Below the pieces are notes generated by a model that saw nothing but the letters and a program-made list of their open reading frames with translations, made no database searches and was not told the origin of the DNA. The translations under genes and the position numbers were made by a program. From Candidatus Omnitrophota bacterium (GTDB lineage Bacteria; Omnitrophota; Gorgyraeia; Duberdicusellales; Duberdicusellaceae), in NCBI GenBank assembly GCA_015486615.1, contig WFRI01000090.1, positions 1,608 to 65,607 on the forward strand: DNA of 64,000 nucleotides, in the 5' to 3' direction. Of the stretch, positions 59,380 to 64,000 are shown one piece after another (positions within the stretch are counted from its first letter, which is position 1; each line of letters opens with the position of its first letter).

Positions 59380-61400
59380 AAAAGGTTATAGGTATTTTGC
59401 TGGCTGTTGTTGTTACTGCGGCGGGAGTTTTGTATTTTATTTCCCAAAAAAAAGAAAAAGATATTGCGTCTCTGCTCCCGGAGAGTACTTTTATGTTTAT
59501 CAATTTTAAAGCCCATACCCCGGAAGAAGCGGCTGGTTATACCCGGAAAATAAAAGATTTCCAGTCAGCATTGCAGGATATAGACTGGGAGACTTTGGCA
59601 GAAAAATTTATAACTGACCAGCGGACCCGGGCCCAGTTTGATGCCTTTAAAGAAAAAGCCGGGCAGTTATGGGATACATTGCGGCTGTCATCTTTATTTA
59701 AAAGCATAACACTCTTAGGCCAGATAACTGTAGCAAGGAATACTTTTACTAGCCTTTTAGAATTATTGAATGCGCAGTTGGAGAATTTGTTTTTGGTTAT
59801 AGAGGATACCGATGGGGACATAATAAATAAAATAGCCAAAAATGCAGAGACGGAGTTTAACTTAAAGTTAAGTATTTCAAACATCCGATACCGGGGCCGG
59901 AAAATAGTCAGTTTGGGCATATCCGGCAGAGATTTAGGGTATAAGTTGTATTATGCCAGCCTAGGCAAATTTACTGTGGCAGGTTTGAGCCGGGATGTTA
60001 TTGAGAAGTTTATAGATGTGTCTGCCGGCAGGAGAAAGTCTTTACTGGCATCCCGGGACTACCTTCTTGCTAAGGATAAAATTAAAAAGAATGGCAAGGG
60101 CTGGCAGGTAGTTGGGTATGTAAGCGGCCATGGTCTTTATGGACAGGCCAATATTTTTGAACAGATGCTGACTGCTGGTATTCCGGAAAAACAGGCTGAG
60201 GCTGTTGATGAGCAACTAAAGACTGTTAACGGGTTTCTCCGCGGAATTAACGCTATAGCCAGCGGGATTTTTTTGGGGGATAATGAGATTAAACAGAGGA
60301 CCTATCTACTTTTTGACCAGGATAAGTTTTCTACTCAGGTAAGGGACGATATTTCCAATGAAATATTTTCTCTTTCCGGAAATCCCCAATTTGTTAAATA
60401 TTTGCCGCAGGATTTTATTGTCTGCTATTGGACGAAATTAAGGAGTTTATCTAAAATCTGGAACGATATGGCTGAACAGATGAGTAAAGAATCCGGCAAA
60501 TCCGCTGCTGAAATAGAGAATGACATTAAGACACAAACAGGTCTTAGCGTGCAGGATGTAATTTCTGCTTTTGGCAATGAGACCGCAGTATTTTTAGAAG
60601 ATGTGAATATATCTATGTTTCCTTTGCCTAAAGTAGCGGTTTTTATTAAAATTAAAGACAGGGCTTCAGCGGAAAATATAGTCCAGTCTCTTTTGCGCCA
60701 TCTGCCTCAAAATGTTCTTGCGAAAAAGACATATAAGAATACAAATGTATCCTTAATAAGCATAGGCCCTGTCCAGATTAGCGTATGTTTTATGAAAGAT
60801 TTCTTGGTAATAGGTTTGCCTGTAGATACTATAAGGGACATTATAGATATATCTGAAGGTAAAAATCCCGCTGTTTTATCTGCAGTAAAGTCTGCTTCTG
60901 TAAAGGCCGCTCTTGTTGACAAACGGAATCTTAATTTTATTTTGGTAAACGGACAGGAGTTATTAGATAAAATAGAAGACATTGTTAACTGGGGGTCTGG
61001 TACATACTCAGCATTTTTTGCCAAAAGCCAGAATTTTAAAAAGGAATATTTAGAAAAACTCAACGCGCAAAAATCCGCATTAGAGGATGAATTGGCTGGC
61101 ATTGAGAAACAGAAAGGTGAAATTACCTCCCGGGAAGGAGGTGCTGAGAGTCCGGAATACCAGCAGGCGGATAAACATGAGCGGGATATAAAACAACAGT
61201 TAAACCAGATAAACGGGAAGATGGCGGAAATTAGCAAGCCTTCAACCGTTGTCTTAACTCCTCAATTGGTAAGGGCGGCTGTTAATAATTTGGTTTCTCC
61301 TTTTATAGATGCTTTAAGATACATAACCGGAGTTTCGCTGAACAGGGTTTTTGTAGAAAAAGACTGCTTTGTCAGTGAAAATATAGTGAGTTATAAATAA
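59376..61400 (+). CDS. Hypothetical N-terminally anchored protein with a C-terminal coiled coil (DUF3352-like?)
   Basis: 674 aa; N-terminal TM MKKVIGILLAVVVTAAG. Translationally coupled to the previous ORF. Confidence 0.35.
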   Translation: MKKVIGILLAVVVTAAGVLYFISQKKEKDIASLLPESTFMFINFKAHTPEEAAGYTRKIKDFQSALQDIDWETLAEKFITDQRTRAQFDAFKEKAGQLWDTLRLSSLFKSITLLGQITVARNTFTSLLELLNAQLENLFLVIEDTDGDIINKIAKNAETEFNLKLSISNIRYRGRKIVSLGISGRDLGYKLYYASLGKFTVAGLSRDVIEKFIDVSAGRRKSLLASRDYLLAKDKIKKNGKGWQVVGYVSGHGLYGQANIFEQMLTAGIPEKQAEAVDEQLKTVNGFLRGINAIASGIFLGDNEIKQRTYLLFDQDKFSTQVRDDISNEIFSLSGNPQFVKYLPQDFIVCYWTKLRSLSKIWNDMAEQMSKESGKSAAEIENDIKTQTGLSVQDVISAFGNETAVFLEDVNISMFPLPKVAVFIKIKDRASAENIVQSLLRHLPQNVLAKKTYKNTNVSLISIGPVQISVCFMKDFLVIGLPVDTIRDIIDISEGKNPAVLSAVKSASVKAALVDKRNLNFILVNGQELLDKIEDIVNWGSGTYSAFFAKSQNFKKEYLEKLNAQKSALEDELAGIEKQKGEITSREGGAESPEYQQADKHERDIKQQLNQINGKMAEISKPSTVVLTPQLVRAAVNNLVSPFIDALRYITGVSLNRVFVEKDCFVSENIVSYK

Positions 61401-61440
61401 CTCCGTAAATCTTTGCCACGGGGCAGGCCCCCCTACTACT

Positions 61441-61505
61441 ACTAAAAAACGTTGGCACGTTTTTGGATACCTCAGGGGTGGAAGGTTTAAATCAAAATGT
61501 AAAAT
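61441..61505 (+). repeat. Family-2 intergenic element, copy D (after the 59376-61400 ORF)
   Basis: AAAAAACGTTGGCACGTTTTT-GGATACCTCAGGGGTGGAAGGTTTAAATCAAAATGTAAAATG. Confidence 0.7.
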
Positions 61506-61869
61506 GAAAAAATTTAAGTTTAGATTAGTTTTATTGGTTGGATTGTTTTTTTAACTTACGACATTCGACATTCGACGTTGGACATTGGACCTTCGACATA
61601 GTAATTGTTAGGCGGAAAAGTAGATCAATTGCGAACAAAATAGAAATATGGTATTCTTTATAAATGAAAGTAAGAGATACCATTAAAATGCTTACAACTG
61701 AGAGGAAAAAAATGGTCTTGACAAACTTGGCTATCTTACCTTTCTGGTGGAAAAATATCTAAACCTAAATTAAGTCTTCCAACTCATAACTAACAAGAAA
61801 CAGATTGACAAACTGAGTAAGTATGTTAATATCGTTTCAGGAGGTAGACAATAATGTCTATTAAGTGGA

Positions 61870-62478
61870 ATGGAGTTTAATAACCTTTTGCAGGTCCTGC
61901 AAAAAAACAGGTTTTATCTTTTTTCCCTGGACGAACTCAGGGTTTTTTATCCTAATGAATCAAGTGCCAACCTGAAGAAGGAATTGTATCGCTGGAGAAG
62001 CAAAGGCTTGATTGTGCGCCTGAAAAAAGGGCTTTACGAACTGGCATTTCCTCAGGATATGGCTATTCCTGATATGGTAATTGCCAATAAACTTTATGAG
62101 CCTTCTTATGTTTCGCTTGAGACGGCGTTGTCTTATTACAGTATAATTCCTGAAGTTGCTATGGCGGTTACTTCAATTACCACTAAGCCCACGCGGCGAT
62201 TTAAAAATAAACATGGATTATTCCTTTATCATACGGTAAAATATGCCTCCTTTACGGGGTATTACTTAGAAAAGATGAGCGGTTTTGAAGTAATGCTGGC
62301 TGAGCCAGAGAAAGCAGCAGCAGATTATCTTTATTTTAAGGAGCGGCGCGGTGAAAATGTTGATTTTGAAGCAGAGCGTTTTGATAAAAAGATAATTTCT
62401 AAAATGAATAAAAAGAAATTAGAAAAATATGCCAGGGGATTTAAGTTAAACTTAGAAAGTTTCTATGCTTACTTATGA
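61870..62478 (+). CDS. abiEi: AbiEi-family antitoxin / transcriptional regulator (type IV toxin-antitoxin)
   Basis: YRWRSKGLIVRLKKGLYEL...YEPSYVSLETALSYYSIIPE matches the AbiEi_4 pattern. Overlaps the downstream AbiEii gene. Confidence 0.7.
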   Translation: MEFNNLLQVLQKNRFYLFSLDELRVFYPNESSANLKKELYRWRSKGLIVRLKKGLYELAFPQDMAIPDMVIANKLYEPSYVSLETALSYYSIIPEVAMAVTSITTKPTRRFKNKHGLFLYHTVKYASFTGYYLEKMSGFEVMLAEPEKAAADYLYFKERRGENVDFEAERFDKKIISKMNKKKLEKYARGFKLNLESFYAYL

Positions 62479-63277
62479 GGCGCTTTTAGCAGAGGCGAAA
62501 GCCCGGCAGATGCCGGTTTCAAAAATGCGGGGGATTCTGCGGGAATACCTGCAAACGATTATTCTTAAAGCCTTGTATAAAACTGAAGCCGGCAGGAAGC
62601 TTTATTTTACCGGCGGGACATATTTGCGGTTTGTGCATAGGACAAAAAGGTTTTCTGAAGATTTGGATTTTAATACCGATTCTTTGACAAAAACAGATTT
62701 CGAAACAACGGTGCGGACGGCGGCAAGGGAACTTAAAAGAATAAATCTAAACTGTGTTGTGGATTTCAGGTATTTTAAGAGAATATATGCTGCGGATATA
62801 ATATTTCCCGATATTGAGAAGTTATACGGCGTTGTTTCTGAGCATACGAAGAAATCAGGATTACTAATCAAGGTAGAAACCAACATACCGCGCTGGAAGA
62901 TTATTGCAGAAACCCGGGTAATTTCCGGCTTTGGCGAATTATACCCCTGCTTTTGCACTCAAATAGGCGCTCTTTTTGCTGATAAAATCGAGGCGTTAAT
63001 TAAGAAAACAAGGGCAAGGCATCTTTATGACATTATATTTATGCTTTCACAAGGGTATCTCATTGATAAGAATGCCCTGCGGGTTTTAGGGATTAAGGAG
63101 GAGCCTTTAGAGGCAATCAGAAAAAGGGTTGAAAGTTTTAGCCCGGCCGAGCTTATTAAACAGGCAGAAATCTTAAGGCCGTTTTTATTTGAGGAATCCG
63201 ATGCGGATATGATTACTAACGCTCGCCGGCTAATCCCCGCATTAATTGAAGGGTATAAGAGGAAACTTGACAACTAA
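62465..63277 (+). CDS. abiEii: AbiEii/AbiGii-family nucleotidyltransferase toxin (DUF1814)
   Basis: REYLQ...LYFTGGTYLRF...RFSEDLDFNTD nucleotidyltransferase motifs. Confidence 0.75.
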   Translation: MLTYEALLAEAKARQMPVSKMRGILREYLQTIILKALYKTEAGRKLYFTGGTYLRFVHRTKRFSEDLDFNTDSLTKTDFETTVRTAARELKRINLNCVVDFRYFKRIYAADIIFPDIEKLYGVVSEHTKKSGLLIKVETNIPRWKIIAETRVISGFGELYPCFCTQIGALFADKIEALIKKTRARHLYDIIFMLSQGYLIDKNALRVLGIKEEPLEAIRKRVESFSPAELIKQAEILRPFLFEESDADMITNARRLIPALIEGYKRKLDN

Positions 63278-63311
63278 GGTTGAACCTTAAGTGTAAAGTT
63301 AGGTAGGAGGG

Positions 63312-64000
63312 ATGAAGAAAGAGATATTTTCATACCGAAGAAAAATTATTCAGGCAGGAGAGATTTATCATATTACCCAGCGTGCCCCGGGCAAAGAAAT
63401 AATCTTTGTTGAAGATGCAGATTATTTAAATATGCTCTCTCTTTTGAAAGAATGGGTAAAAGAATTTGATATAGAAATTTTTTCCTTATGTCTTATGCCC
63501 AACCACTATCATCTTCTTCTAAGGATAAATAAACCAAATTTATCTCAAGCAATGCAATCTTTAAATACTACTTATGCTATGAGGTTTAATACAAAATATA
63601 AAAGGAAGGGACATGTTTTTTGCGGAGTTTATAGGGCTTCTATGTGTTTAGACGATCTCCATTTCTTAGGCAGTTCCCTTTACATTCATCTTAACCCTCA
63701 AAAGGCACATCTGGTAGAAAAGGCAGAGGATTATCGGTGGTCGTCAATAAATGTGTTTATTCATTCCGAGACAAAAAGTTTTGTGAATAAAGAATTTATT
63801 TTGCAAATGGTCAACGAAGATTTAGAAAAGGCTTCTTCTCTTTATAAAGAGATGCTGGAGAATTATTCCAAGATAAAGTATGATAGCATATTAGAAAATT
63901 CAAAAGCAGTAGTAGGTTTTTGTAAACAGATATTTAGAAATTTGCCAAAGTTTCTTTCAAAGAGATTGATTAATAAGGATTTTATTTCTAAAGAAGTGCA
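63312..64000 (+). mobile_element. REP-associated tyrosine transposase (RAYT / IS200-like Y1 HUH transposase), 3' truncated by window edge
   Basis: MPNHYHLLL HUH motif, GHVFCGVY and LNPQKAHLVEKAEDYRWSS matching RAYT conserved blocks. At least 229 aa are open with no stop before the window end. Confidence 0.7.

Noticed and set aside
61561-61602. Tandem CATTCGACA / CATTGGACC repeat as a functional array
   Set aside because: It is short (about 4 units), degenerate and single-copy in the window. It is treated as simple sequence within the long intergenic region.

Overview
This 64-kb window is the replication-origin region of a non-proteobacterial, probably anaerobic bacterium. Every gene from 1 to 24896 is on the minus strand and every gene from 25053 to 64000 is on the plus strand. 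The switch falls at the rpmH/dnaA junction, followed by dnaA-dnaN-DUF721-gyrB-gyrA.

The left arm is dense housekeeping. It holds 2-oxoacid:ferredoxin oxidoreductase alpha and delta fragments, dxs, ymdB, rny, two folate-related genes, rarA, pheST, a trkH/trkA potassium-uptake module, rplT-rpmI-infC-thrS, two tRNAs, rpoZ-gmk-remA-yicC, ndk, parAB, and yidC-yidD-rpmH.

The right arm holds glmS, rsmI, transporters and a suf module. It also holds a trehalose-related pair: a beta-PGM/trehalose-6-phosphate phosphatase fusion next to a GH65 phosphorylase.

The most unusual content is a Tad/Flp-like pilus locus of about 8.3 kb at 38.9-47.2 kb. It has at least nine tandem paralogous Flp-type prepilin genes that share an N-terminal K-K-A-Q-S-x-L-E-Y motif plus a hydrophobic helix, with Ala rather than Gly at the presumed cleavage site. 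Their C-terminal tails are highly variable and Ser/Thr/Asn-rich. They are followed by two TadE-like pseudopilins, a Cys-rich TadG-like protein, a secreted protein with a tandem duplicated domain, and tadB/tadC. No secretin, tadZ, cpaB or prepilin peptidase lies in the window. The only CpaF-type ATPase is 20 kb away, embedded upstream of thrS.

The window ends in a small defence/mobile islet: a long intergenic region, an AbiEi/AbiEii pair, and a 3'-truncated REP-associated tyrosine transposase (RAYT) gene.

Two families of short palindromic intergenic repeats recur next to gene ends. One is a 60-70 nt terminator-like element present in four copies. The other is an AGATTTAGGTCGAGG-type palindrome present in three copies.

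Smaller observations include parS-like palindromes with a variant core, an unannotated 32-aa membrane peptide gene coupled between trkA and trkH, rpmH fused directly to yidD with no rnpA, and an AUU-initiated infC.
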